A DNA stretch of 36,755 nucleotides. It comes from a virus (taxonomy: Duplodnaviria > Caudoviricetes). The stretch is taken from positions 1 through 36,755 of IMG/VR virus record IMGVR_UViG_3300045961_000143. The stretch is one strand, 5' to 3'. The notes under the pieces were generated by a model. That model ran no database searches. It saw only the letters and a program-made list of their open reading frames with translations, and had not been told where the DNA came from. Of this stretch, positions 24,932 through 32,725 are shown one piece after another (position 1 is the stretch's first letter; each line of letters starts with the position of its first letter). The position numbers were made by a program, and so were the translations under genes.

Positions 24932-25411
24932 ATGGCACTCATTAACTTCAAAGCCTCCAACGTCCAGATCGAGGAGCGCTCCAATTCATTCGGCCCCCTG
25001 CCCGCAGGCGAGTACGAGATGATGATCGTTAAGTCGGAGACCAAGCCGACCAAGGCGATGACAGGGCACTACCTGGAGCTGGAGATGCACGTCATCGCTG
25101 GTGAGCACTCGGGCCGTCGCCACTGGGAGCGTCTGAACCTGGACAACCCCAACCAGCAGGCCGTGAAGATCGCCCAGGAGTCGCTGGCCAAACTGTGCAT
25201 CGCCATCGGCGTGGACGATGTCGAGGACAGCGAGCAGCTGCACGACCAGCCCTTCGTGGCCGAGATCGGCATCGACAAGAAGGACGACCAGCGCAACGTG
25301 ATCTGGGGCTACAAGGCCATCGGCGGCCACATCAACAACGCTAAGCCCAAGGCTGCACCAGCGCCAGCACTTTCTGCCGCGCCAGCCAAGGCTGCAAAGC
25401 CCTGGGGTTAA
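24932..25411 (+). CDS. DUF669-type single-stranded DNA-binding protein (159 aa)
   Basis: PLPAGEY...YLELE...GRR.WERLNL and an Ala-rich tail ending KPWG. Confidence 0.85.
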   Translation: MALINFKASNVQIEERSNSFGPLPAGEYEMMIVKSETKPTKAMTGHYLELEMHVIAGEHSGRRHWERLNLDNPNQQAVKIAQESLAKLCIAIGVDDVEDSEQLHDQPFVAEIGIDKKDDQRNVIWGYKAIGGHINNAKPKAAPAPALSAAPAKAAKPWG

Positions 25412-25422
25412 GGAGTAGCAGC

Positions 25423-25668
25423 ATGCAAGAGCTTAAAGTCACCGCGCCCGTTGAAATCACCGATGCGTTCAAATTGAATGGCATTACTTATGTGCCCCAC
25501 TACAAGAACAAAAACTTGTATGTCGGCCCTGGCTATCCAGTTGGAGCTGGCAATCCATTGCCAAAATTTTCATTCACTGCAAGAGAGTTGATCGATGCAG
25601 GCGCTGAAAAGTTGGAACTACCTCTTTGGCCTCGGCCGCAACTCTTTGAGGCTGCAAAAGCAGCTTAA
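25423..25668 (+). CDS. Hypothetical protein (81 aa), AT-rich insertion
   Basis: TAAGGAG RBS and codon usage unlike the flanking genes. Confidence 0.75.
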   Translation: MQELKVTAPVEITDAFKLNGITYVPHYKNKNLYVGPGYPVGAGNPLPKFSFTARELIDAGAEKLELPLWPRPQLFEAAKAA

Positions 25669-25675
25669 TTGAATC

Positions 25676-25758
25676 GGGGCCGAAAGCGGATGCTGTGACC
25701 CGGCCACGGGTATGGCAGCGGCTAATTAAGCCGTTTACAGACGCAGCGAGTAGGCCCC
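25676..25758 (+). ncRNA. Candidate structured RNA with loop-E-like motif
   Basis: GGGGCC/GGCCCC closing stem, GAAA/GAGTA internal loop, CTGTGA/TTACAG stem and two inner hairpins. Confidence 0.55.
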
Positions 25759-25775
25759 ACCTAAACGAGAAAACG

Positions 25776-26975
25776 ATGGCACAACTTCCTGAATCCCAAC
25801 ACACCACCAGCGCGGCGATCATCCGCTGGTACGAGAGCAAGCCCCAGGAGCACCGCCCGCACATGGGCGCGTCGCTGATCGGGCACAACTGCGACCGCTA
25901 CATCTGGCTGACCTGGCGCTGGGCTCTCAAGCCCGAGTTCAAGGGCCGGATCTTGCGACTGTTTAGCACCGGCCAGCGCGAGGAGTCGCGCCTGGTCGAG
26001 GAGCTGCGCGGCATCGGCGCGACCGTCTGGGACGTGGACCCCGACAGCGGCGACCAGTGGCGCGTGAGTGCCTGCGACGGCCACTTCGGTGGCTCGCTCG
26101 ATGGCGTGGCCAAGGGCTTGCCCGAGGCCCCCAAGAGCCCGGCCGTGCTGGAGTTCAAGACGCACTCCAACAAGTCCTTCAACGAGCTGGTCAAGAAGAC
26201 CGTCAAGGGTGCGAAGGCCCAGCACTACGACCAGATGACCGTCTACATGGGCCTGATGGAGATCGAACGCGCCCTGTACATGGCCGTGAACAAGGACACT
26301 GACGACGTGTACTGCGAGTGGGTCCACTTCGACAAGGAGCGCTTTGCTCAGCTGATCGAACGCGCCCAGCGACTGATCAGCAGCACGACAGCGCCCTTCC
26401 GCATGAGCACCGACCCAGAGTTCTTTGAGTGCAAGTGGTGCTCGATGTGGAAGCACTGCCACGGTGGCCAGGCGGCAGAGGCCAACTGCAGGACGTGCGT
26501 GCGTGCCACACCCGTTGCGAAAGGCGCATGGCAGTGCGGGATCTACAACCGCGAGCTGGCCCTGCATGAGCAGCGCAGCGGCTGCGGCGATCACCTACTG
26601 ATCCCTGACCTGGTGCCCTACGCCGATGCGCAGGACGGAAGCGAGAGCTGGATCGCCTACAAGCACAAAGAGACCGGTGACATGTTCGTCAACGGCTACG
26701 AGGGCAACAACGACTACGGCCCGGTGTTCTCCAGCCGCGAGCTGCACCAGACGAACGGCTCGCTGATTGGCGACATCATCAAGCTCAAGCTGGAGTTTCC
26801 AGTCAGCAAGGTGGCCGCTGGTAGCACGACGGCCGCGCACCAGGACCACGAAACGATGTGGGACGACCTGGCCACGCACCCCGACGATCTGCCAGTGAAG
26901 TCCGACACGCCCGAGCAGCGCAAGGAAGCCAAGAAAATCAAGAGCGCCGTCAAGGCACTGGGGGCGCTCAAATGA
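25776..26975 (+). CDS. PD-(D/E)XK (Cas4-like) exonuclease (399 aa)
   Basis: MGASLIGH.C.R, GSLDG...LEFKT, Q...YM, and C-terminal CKWC...C and CRTC clusters. Confidence 0.88.
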   Translation: MAQLPESQHTTSAAIIRWYESKPQEHRPHMGASLIGHNCDRYIWLTWRWALKPEFKGRILRLFSTGQREESRLVEELRGIGATVWDVDPDSGDQWRVSACDGHFGGSLDGVAKGLPEAPKSPAVLEFKTHSNKSFNELVKKTVKGAKAQHYDQMTVYMGLMEIERALYMAVNKDTDDVYCEWVHFDKERFAQLIERAQRLISSTTAPFRMSTDPEFFECKWCSMWKHCHGGQAAEANCRTCVRATPVAKGAWQCGIYNRELALHEQRSGCGDHLLIPDLVPYADAQDGSESWIAYKHKETGDMFVNGYEGNNDYGPVFSSRELHQTNGSLIGDIIKLKLEFPVSKVAAGSTTAAHQDHETMWDDLATHPDDLPVKSDTPEQRKEAKKIKSAVKALGALK

Positions 26976-27082
26976 TCGCCTGGTACTGGCTGATCCCTGC
27001 CCTGCTTGCAGGTGGTTTTTTGGGTTTTCTCACGATGGCCCTGTGTGTGATGACAAAGGGCCCCGATGAAGGAACTGATTGA
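26972..27082 (+). CDS. Small membrane peptide (36 aa)
   Basis: MIAWYWLIPALLAGGFLGFLTMALC, ATGA overlap. Confidence 0.6.
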   Translation: MIAWYWLIPALLAGGFLGFLTMALCVMTKGPDEGTD

Positions 27083-27569
27083 ACGCGTGCAAAAGCACAT
27101 CGAGGAGATAGGCGACTGCTGGGAGTGGCAAGGAGCGATGCAGCCCAACTCGCCCACCCCGATGATGAACTACAAGCGCGTTTGCCAGCCTGTGCGTCGC
27201 GTGCTTGCCAGAGAGATGGGCAAGTCCATCGACGGCAAGTTCGTGACGTGCAAGTGCCGCAACGAGCTGTGCGTGAACCCTGACCATCTGCTGGTTGTGA
27301 CGCGCAAGCGTTTGCAGGAGATCGTCAGCAAAGAGCGCAACTACACCAGCAACCCCGTGCGCAACAAAAAACTGGCCGAAAAGGCCCGGCTTAGATGCAA
27401 GCTCACGGTCGAGCTGGCCGCCGAGGTCCGAGAGGCCGAGGGCACGCAGCGCCAGATCGCTGCGCGTTTCGGCATCAGCCAGGCCACCGTCAGCGTGATC
27501 AAGCGCGGCCAGACCTGGCGCGACTATTCAAACCCATTCGCCCAACTTATCGGAGGACTTCACAAATGA
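27066..27569 (+). CDS. HNH/His-Me-finger-like protein with C-terminal HTH (167 aa), catalytic residues look degenerate
   Basis: CWEWQGA...C.N..CVNPDHL and TQRQIAARFGISQATVSVIKRG. Confidence 0.85.
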   Translation: MKELIERVQKHIEEIGDCWEWQGAMQPNSPTPMMNYKRVCQPVRRVLAREMGKSIDGKFVTCKCRNELCVNPDHLLVVTRKRLQEIVSKERNYTSNPVRNKKLAEKARLRCKLTVELAAEVREAEGTQRQIAARFGISQATVSVIKRGQTWRDYSNPFAQLIGGLHK

Positions 27570-28048
27570 GCTTCATCATCGGAATCGACCCAGGCGCAGC
27601 AGGCGCGATCGCCATCCTGGAGGACACCGGCAAGCTGGTGCATGTGTTTGAGATGCCCGCCGTCGAGGTGGTGGTGGGCGGCAAGGCCAAGCGCCGCGTC
27701 AGCCCCGAGATGCTGGCCGCCGAGTTGGAGCTGTACGCCTTCCAAGGGGCCAAGGCCATCATCGAGCAGGTCAACGCCATGCCTGGCCAAGGCGTGACCA
27801 GCATGTTCGCCTTCGGTGAGTCCTTCGGGCTCGCCAAGGGGGTCTTGGCGGGCCTGAAGATCCCCACCAGCACCGTCACCCCCGGCAAGTGGAAGAAGGC
27901 CCTCCAGCTCAACGCTGGCAAGGACGGCAGCCGCGCCAAGGCCGCCCAGATCTGGCCCGAGCACGCGGGCGAGTTCAAGCGGGTCAAGGACGACGGCAAG
28001 GCCGAGGCCTGCCTGATCGCTTACTGGGGGAGGACTGTGCCAATTTAA
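27566..28048 (+). CDS. RuvC-like Holliday junction resolvase (160 aa)
   Basis: IIGIDPG, IIEQV, P.KWK and DDGKAEA motifs; GGAGG RBS. Confidence 0.88.
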   Translation: MSFIIGIDPGAAGAIAILEDTGKLVHVFEMPAVEVVVGGKAKRRVSPEMLAAELELYAFQGAKAIIEQVNAMPGQGVTSMFAFGESFGLAKGVLAGLKIPTSTVTPGKWKKALQLNAGKDGSRAKAAQIWPEHAGEFKRVKDDGKAEACLIAYWGRTVPI

Positions 28049-28056
28049 TCCGGGTA

Positions 28057-28091
28057 TTGCGCTTTGCTGTCTTTGTTGCGATAATCTCACC
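28057..28091 (+). promoter_or_regulatory. Integrase promoter with overlapping putative operator
   Basis: TTGCGC (28057-28062), 17-bp spacer, GATAAT (28080-28085). Operator-like GTTGCG-ATAAT-CTCACC at 28075-28091. Confidence 0.6.
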
Positions 28092-28120
28092 AACCGAACA
28101 CGAACACGAACGAGGAACAC

Positions 28121-29077
28121 ATGGCACTCAAAGAACGCGGCGAGGTTTACTGGATCGACGTGATGATCAACGGCAAGCGCGTGCGCGAGTCGTTGAAGAC
28201 CACCGACAAGAAGCAGGCCCAAGAGCTGCACGACATCCGGCGTGCAGAGCTTTGGCGTGCTGGCGCTCTCAAGGAAAAGCCTAAGAAGACCTGGAACGAC
28301 GCCACCGACAAGTGGAAGATCGAGAAGTCAGGCAAGAAGTCGTTCTCGGACGACGAGGACAAGATCGCCTTCCTCAAGGCAAAGCTGGGCACCAAGCTGC
28401 TGACCGACATCGACCGCGAGATGATCGAGCAGGCCCTGCCCCAGGACGTGAAGCCCGCCACGCGCAACCGCTACCGCGCCCTGATCCGCGCCATCTTCCG
28501 CGCTGCGCAGATCGACTGGCAGTGGATCGACTCGATTCCAGGCTTCCGCAAGGAGGACGAGCCCACCCGCCGCGTCGCATATTTGACACGCGAACAAGCC
28601 GAGTCCGTTATCGCAAACCTCCCGGTAAAGTACCGGTGTCCAGTCCGTTTCGCTTTGCTCACCGGGTTGAGAAAAGCCAACGTGTTCGGCCTGCGCTGGG
28701 AGAACGTGAACCTGGAGACGGGCATGGTGATCGTGCATGCCGACGAGGCCAAGGCTGGCGAGCGCATCCTGGTGCCCCTGAACAAGCAGGCGCGGGAGCT
28801 CTTGGCGGCCATCCCAGAGCCCCGTGAAGGCCTTGTATTTCAATGCCCTGTGCGGATCTCCCCCACCACCTGGACGAACGCCACCAAACGCGCTGGGGTG
28901 CCCTGGTGCCGCTTCCATGACCTGCGCCACACCTGGGCCAGCTGGCACGCGATGGCGGGCACGCCGATGTCAGTGCTGCAGGAACTGGGTGGCTGGCACT
29001 CGGCCGAGATGGTCAGGAAGTACGCGCACCTGTCGCCCGAGCACCTGGCTGCAGCCGCCGAGAAAGTGACGTTCTGA
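28121..29077 (+). CDS. int: Tyrosine integrase (318 aa)
   Basis: TGLR, K, FHDLRHTWAS, LGGWH and Y catalytic residues; adjacent attP. Confidence 0.96.
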   Translation: MALKERGEVYWIDVMINGKRVRESLKTTDKKQAQELHDIRRAELWRAGALKEKPKKTWNDATDKWKIEKSGKKSFSDDEDKIAFLKAKLGTKLLTDIDREMIEQALPQDVKPATRNRYRALIRAIFRAAQIDWQWIDSIPGFRKEDEPTRRVAYLTREQAESVIANLPVKYRCPVRFALLTGLRKANVFGLRWENVNLETGMVIVHADEAKAGERILVPLNKQARELLAAIPEPREGLVFQCPVRISPTTWTNATKRAGVPWCRFHDLRHTWASWHAMAGTPMSVLQELGGWHSAEMVRKYAHLSPEHLAAAAEKVTF

Positions 29078-29084
29078 TGTCACG

Positions 29085-29281
29085 TTTTTGGCACAGTGGC
29101 TGTTTTGCAGGGGAGGCGGTGATGCGCAACTGCTTGATTGTTTGTGGAGGCGGGGGTCGGAATCGAACCGGCGTACACGGATTTGCAGTGCGACCGGACA
29201 AAAAAGTGCCCTGATTTCTCAGGGCACAACTGGCTTCTGCAAAGAATGTGGCACAGGTCCACGGCACAATTTTGGCACAGC
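29085..29281. other. attP: tRNA-Cys core, IHF site and arm-type repeats
   Basis: Five GGCACA repeats (TTTTGGCACAG at 29086 and 29270) and IHF consensus AATCAA-GCAG-TTG on the minus strand at 29127-29139. Confidence 0.85.
29145..29189 (-). tRNA. 3' half of tRNA-Cys(GCA) forming the att core; not a full tRNA
   Basis: ACTGCAAATCCGTGTACGCCGGTTCGATTCCGACCCCCGCCTCCA has the anticodon loop, T-arm and CCA. The 5' half is absent. Confidence 0.9.
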
Positions 29282-29283
29282 CG

Positions 29284-29757
29284 CTAAGGGCTCACGCAGA
29301 CGTTCTTCACGTAGGTCTGCAGGCCTAAGACGACCGCTGCCAGGCGGTCAGCTTCTGCCGCCACTCCAACAAGAGTTGTCGCACAATTTCCGAGTAGCTC
29401 CCGCTCAAGGGAGGCTCGGTCATCAGCTCTAAGGGCGGGGGCGGGATCTTTGGAATTTGCTGGGGGACTGATGGCGTAGAGCTCGTTGCGCAGCCCGTCA
29501 AGCTCAGAGCGAGCGCGAGAGCCAGCCACAGCGGCTTTGCGTTTTTCCAGTTCATAGCGTTCCTCGGCTTTCTGTCTTGCGGCCAGCAGGTCGTGCTCGC
29601 GGCGTCTGGCTTCTTCCTCGGCCTTTTGCAGGCCTTGGGCATAGGCCTGGTGCATCTGGGCCAGCTTGGCGTCGTACCGCCAGTCCTGGACGGCCCAAGC
29701 GCCCCACGCTGCAAGGGCAGCAGAGACGATTGCAGCGGCCGCGTGTGTGTAGACCAT
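29284..29757 (-). CDS. Rz: Inner-membrane spanin (157 aa)
   Basis: N-terminal TM, coiled coil, GLQTYVKNVC ending, after the lysozyme. Confidence 0.85.
   Translation of the reverse strand: MVYTHAAAAIVSAALAAWGAWAVQDWRYDAKLAQMHQAYAQGLQKAEEEARRREHDLLAARQKAEERYELEKRKAAVAGSRARSELDGLRNELYAISPPANSKDPAPALRADDRASLERELLGNCATTLVGVAAEADRLAAVVLGLQTYVKNVCVSP
29325..29555 (-). CDS. Rz1: Outer-membrane lipoprotein spanin embedded in Rz (76 aa)
   Basis: Signal peptide with LTGC lipobox and Pro-rich linker, in an alternate frame within Rz. Confidence 0.85.
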   Translation of the reverse strand: MNWKNAKPLWLALALALSLTGCATSSTPSVPQQIPKIPPPPLELMTEPPLSGSYSEIVRQLLLEWRQKLTAWQRSS

Positions 29758-29758
29758 G

Positions 29759-30214
29759 TCAGCCCCCCATGCACTGCTTGAATTCGTCCTGGCGGCGTTT
29801 TGTGAGGCCTGGCAGGGGTTGCCCCTTGAACCGGTCCCAGCGCAGGATCTGTTTGCACGCGCCCTCGTAGTCCTGGGCGTTCAGTTTGCGCACCAGGGTC
29901 GAGCCGCAGAACGCGGTCTGGCCGATGTTGTAGGACAGCGAGATGTAGGCGTCGTACTCATGCTGATGCAGAGGGACTGTGACGCAGCGCTTGATCGCGC
30001 CTTCAAATTGCTGAACATCCTGGAGTGCCCGCTGCAAGGCCTTGGGCGGGGTGATGGTGTCGCCAGGCTTGACGCCCTGCGTGGTGCCGAAGCCGATCGT
30101 GTGCACGTCGCCTGGCACCGGGATGTAGGCCCTGTCTCGGTAGCCCTCATGCAGGGCAATGCCGACCAGTGCAGCTGCGCTGAGCGTCAGGCTTGCCAGC
30201 TGCGTGCGGTTCAT
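29759..30214 (-). CDS. Endolysin, GH24 lysozyme with SAR-like N-terminus (151 aa)
   Basis: Weakly hydrophobic N-terminus, HEG...D..TIGFG triad, YNIG and GLTKRR. Confidence 0.93.
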   Translation of the reverse strand: MNRTQLASLTLSAAALVGIALHEGYRDRAYIPVPGDVHTIGFGTTQGVKPGDTITPPKALQRALQDVQQFEGAIKRCVTVPLHQHEYDAYISLSYNIGQTAFCGSTLVRKLNAQDYEGACKQILRWDRFKGQPLPGLTKRRQDEFKQCMGG

Positions 30215-30459
30215 CAATCGCCCCGCATGCGCCGATCGTGCTCGACCTGCTGGCGCTTGTCTTCCTTGTGCTTGTAGTACCAGTTGATGCCCAAGCCAGC
30301 AGCACCGAGGAAGATGCCGAATAAAACCCCGAACTCCGAGGAAATCATCCAACCAAGAACGCTGGCGCTGGCCCCCGTGTAAGTGGCTTTGCTGCCAAAG
30401 GCGGCCATTGTTGCGTCGACTGTGGCTTGTGTTTCCTGCTGCACGGGGTGCTCCTTCAT
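30214..30459 (-). CDS. Holin (81 aa, pinholin-like)
   Basis: Two hydrophobic segments, INWYYK and a basic tail, upstream of the lysozyme. Confidence 0.85.
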   Translation of the reverse strand: MKEHPVQQETQATVDATMAAFGSKATYTGASASVLGWMISSEFGVLFGIFLGAAGLGINWYYKHKEDKRQQVEHDRRMRGD

Positions 30460-30630
30460 TTACGGCTCTTGCGTCTCGGCAGGGCTTTCTTCCTGCTTCG
30501 GGAGCTGCTCCTTCGCCTGTGCGCGGATCTTGGCCGCGATGGGCCATGAGTTGGTGCTTGTCGGGAGAGTCCCGATCGCGTCCAGTACCGCGTTGACTTC
30601 GTTCAGCTCAAGTTTGAGAGTGATTTCCAT
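30460..30630 (-). CDS. Small hypothetical protein (56 aa, MEITLKLELNEVNAVL...), not in the ORF track
   Basis: Translated manually. Its stop abuts the holin ATG. Confidence 0.7.
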   Translation of the reverse strand: MEITLKLELNEVNAVLDAIGTLPTSTNSWPIAAKIRAQAKEQLPKQEESPAETQEP

Positions 30631-30689
30631 TTGAATCTTTCGGGCGTCGTGGGTAGATGTGATTGGTTTTATGTGGGGCGATTATCGCA

Positions 30690-31154
30690 TCAAGCGACGC
30701 GTGCGAGATGGCCGTCAAAGAAGCAAATCGGCGTCACCACATCAGCCTGGACGCCAGACGAGGAAAAGTATCCTTGAATCTCGATGTAGTCAGTCGAGCC
30801 GTTGCAGTACACCAGCCCATGCGTCGTCAGCGCGGTGATGCCATCCGTAGATGTCGCCAGGGCGGTGTTGATGTGCTGCCCGCGTTTGTACTCGCTGCCG
30901 TTCTTGAAAATGCTGACCAGCTACGTTCCTCTGATAAGCGTTTGCAGCACCAGGCCAGCATTGATCTGGTAGTACCCGGCCACCGTAGGTGTAAAGCGGC
31001 CAGTGGCTGTGTCGTAATTGGCGTTTGTGTCAAATTCCTCAGTGTTAAAAATCACCTTGGTAAACGCGTCTTGAGTGAACTACTGTGCAGACGTCTTTCT
31101 GGCGCTGAACGCTGGGCCGTTAGGCACGTTTGAGAGTTTCTGTGACTTGCCCAT
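30690..31154 (-). pseudogene. C1q-like receptor-binding/tail-tip gene interrupted by two in-frame TAG codons
   Basis: AAAGGAG RBS and ATG at 31154. Reads MGKSQKLSNVPNGPAFSA...KVIFNTEEFDTNANYDTATGRFTPTVAGYYQIN...IFKNG...DYIEI...FDGHLARVA over 155 codons, with TAG at 31080-31082 and 30921-30923 and no frameshift. Confidence 0.8.
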
Positions 31155-31177
31155 TTGGGGCTCCTTTCGATGTTCTG

Positions 31178-31194
31178 AAAGGCCCAAGCGGGCC
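31178..31194 (-). terminator. Weak terminator-like hairpin
   Basis: GGCCC-GCTT-GGGCC-TTT after the 31206 gene. Confidence 0.35.
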
Positions 31195-31205
31195 GTGCTG
31201 GTGGG

Positions 31206-31598
31206 TTAGGCCAAAACTTTGTCCATTGACGCCTGCGAAATCACAGCCGTATCGACCAGCAGTTGCAGCAGCTCAGTCGTTGCAGCCAGCTCTTGTGGAG
31301 CAGCAAGCTCAGACTTCACAGTGACAATTTCAGGTGCGCTGTCGCTGTCCCACTTAACCTTCTCGGCCAGCGTGAGGCCAACGCGAACGGCAGCTTGTGT
31401 CCATGTGCGAGGTGCCGGAGAAGCAGGTGGTGCGGGTTGTGGTTTGACCAGCTGGCTGTTTACCCAGCCGTCACCGGTGGCCGCATCGGACGGCACTTGA
31501 GTGTCGTAGAACACGGCCACATCGGGGTGATAAAACTCGGCAGGGTTGCCGGGTGCAATGTCGCGGATGCGCTCGTTTTCAATCCATGCGTATTTCAT
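31206..31598 (-). CDS. Tail-fibre assembly-like protein (130 aa)
   Basis: MKYAWIENERIRDI...GDGW motif following a Gly-rich fibre gene. Confidence 0.7.
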   Translation of the reverse strand: MKYAWIENERIRDIAPGNPAEFYHPDVAVFYDTQVPSDAATGDGWVNSQLVKPQPAPPASPAPRTWTQAAVRVGLTLAEKVKWDSDSAPEIVTVKSELAAPQELAATTELLQLLVDTAVISQASMDKVLA

Positions 31599-31600
31599 TT

Positions 31601-32722
31601 TCAGTACTCCACCAGAACAAAACCTTGGCCACCTGCGCCACCCTTACACTTGCCTCCGCTAGCAGCAGCGCCACCCCCTCCACCAAATCCACCACTACCC
31701 CCTTGAACGAGGTCGCCTCCAGTAAGTGGTTGTACTGCGCCGCCGCCGCCGCCGAAAATACCGCCTGCTCCTCCAAGAGGACACATTGACGAAACAAACG
31801 TGCGACAAGCGCCGCCCCCAGCGCCAGGGCCCCCCGCGCCCCCAGAGCCTGTATTTTGACCGCTGCCGGTGCACACAAAAGTGCCGCCGCCAGCACCCGT
31901 AATACTTGCCCAAAATCCCTGACCAGAGCTTGTGTGTTTTGAGTTTGCGGGGGATTGATCGTATGGCCCCGGAGCGCTTGTGGTAAAGGCTGGCGCAAAT
32001 ACCAGACCACCGGAAGATCCAGAAAGACCCGCCCCACCCGAACCACCCAAATAACCCAGACCCGGATGCCCCGCAGTGCCCGCGCCCCCACTAAGAAAAT
32101 TGTTGGCGTCGTATGGAATACTTGGCACACCATAGACAATCGCAGCCCCTCCTAAAGCTACACCTTCAGCAGTCGAGCCAGCTTCGTGTCCACCGACACT
32201 TCCCCCCTGACCAAGCATAGAGCCTGCTGCGCCACCACCAGATGCACACTCCTGTGATACAAGACTTGCAGTGCTACCGCCTGAGAAATTACAGATATTT
32301 CCGCCAGTCCCGGCCCCCCCCGCAGCTCCGGCGGCGGGGATGCTACTTGCTTTGCCACCCTGACCGCCTGTTGCACTCAACAACGATGCAAAAGAGGTTG
32401 TGCCTCCTGCGCCGCCATTTTGAGCGCCCCCAGAGCTAGTGAATGTGCTCGCCCCCCCGGCCCCGACAGTTACAGAAAACGATTCGCCGGGGAGCACAGA
32501 CAAAACACTCTGGGCGAACCCTCCGCCACCACCCCCCGTTGCGGCCTTGCCACCACCCCCAGAGGAACCACCACCACCGCCGCCGCCCACAACAGAAACA
32601 CGAATTTTTGTAACATTGAGTGGCACAGTAAACGTGCCAGAGGCTGTGATTAGCCGGTAGCTCCCGGAGCCGAACAGCAAGCCGTTTGCGTCTGCTGCGC
32701 CGCTAGAAATAGAACGTCCCAT
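31601..32722 (-). CDS. Glycine-rich tail fibre/receptor-binding protein (373 aa)
   Basis: SGTFTVP.NVTKIRV.VVGGGGGG...VTVGAGG...GGQGFVLVEY pattern, lower GC. Confidence 0.85.
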   Translation of the reverse strand: MGRSISSGAADANGLLFGSGSYRLITASGTFTVPLNVTKIRVSVVGGGGGGGSSGGGGKAATGGGGGGFAQSVLSVLPGESFSVTVGAGGASTFTSSGGAQNGGAGGTTSFASLLSATGGQGGKASSIPAAGAAGGAGTGGNICNFSGGSTASLVSQECASGGGAAGSMLGQGGSVGGHEAGSTAEGVALGGAAIVYGVPSIPYDANNFLSGGAGTAGHPGLGYLGGSGGAGLSGSSGGLVFAPAFTTSAPGPYDQSPANSKHTSSGQGFWASITGAGGGTFVCTGSGQNTGSGGAGGPGAGGGACRTFVSSMCPLGGAGGIFGGGGGAVQPLTGGDLVQGGSGGFGGGGGAAASGGKCKGGAGGQGFVLVEY

Positions 32723-32725
32723 TTT

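Noticed and set aside
25776-26975. Cas4 as part of a CRISPR system
   Set aside because: There is no repeat-spacer array or other cas gene. The Sak4-SSB-nuclease context indicates recombination.
29145-29189. Functional phage tRNA-Cys gene
   Set aside because: The D-arm and the 5' strands of the acceptor and anticodon stems are missing. It is an att core.
30663-31133. 156-aa plus-strand ORF as the real gene in this interval
   Set aside because: It has no recognisable motifs, while the opposite strand carries a clear C1q-like frame with a strong RBS.
30690-31154. Genome-wide TAG reassignment
   Set aside because: Core genes are uninterrupted in the standard code, Rz, Rz1 and the 18192 ORF end in TAG, and no suppressor tRNA is present.
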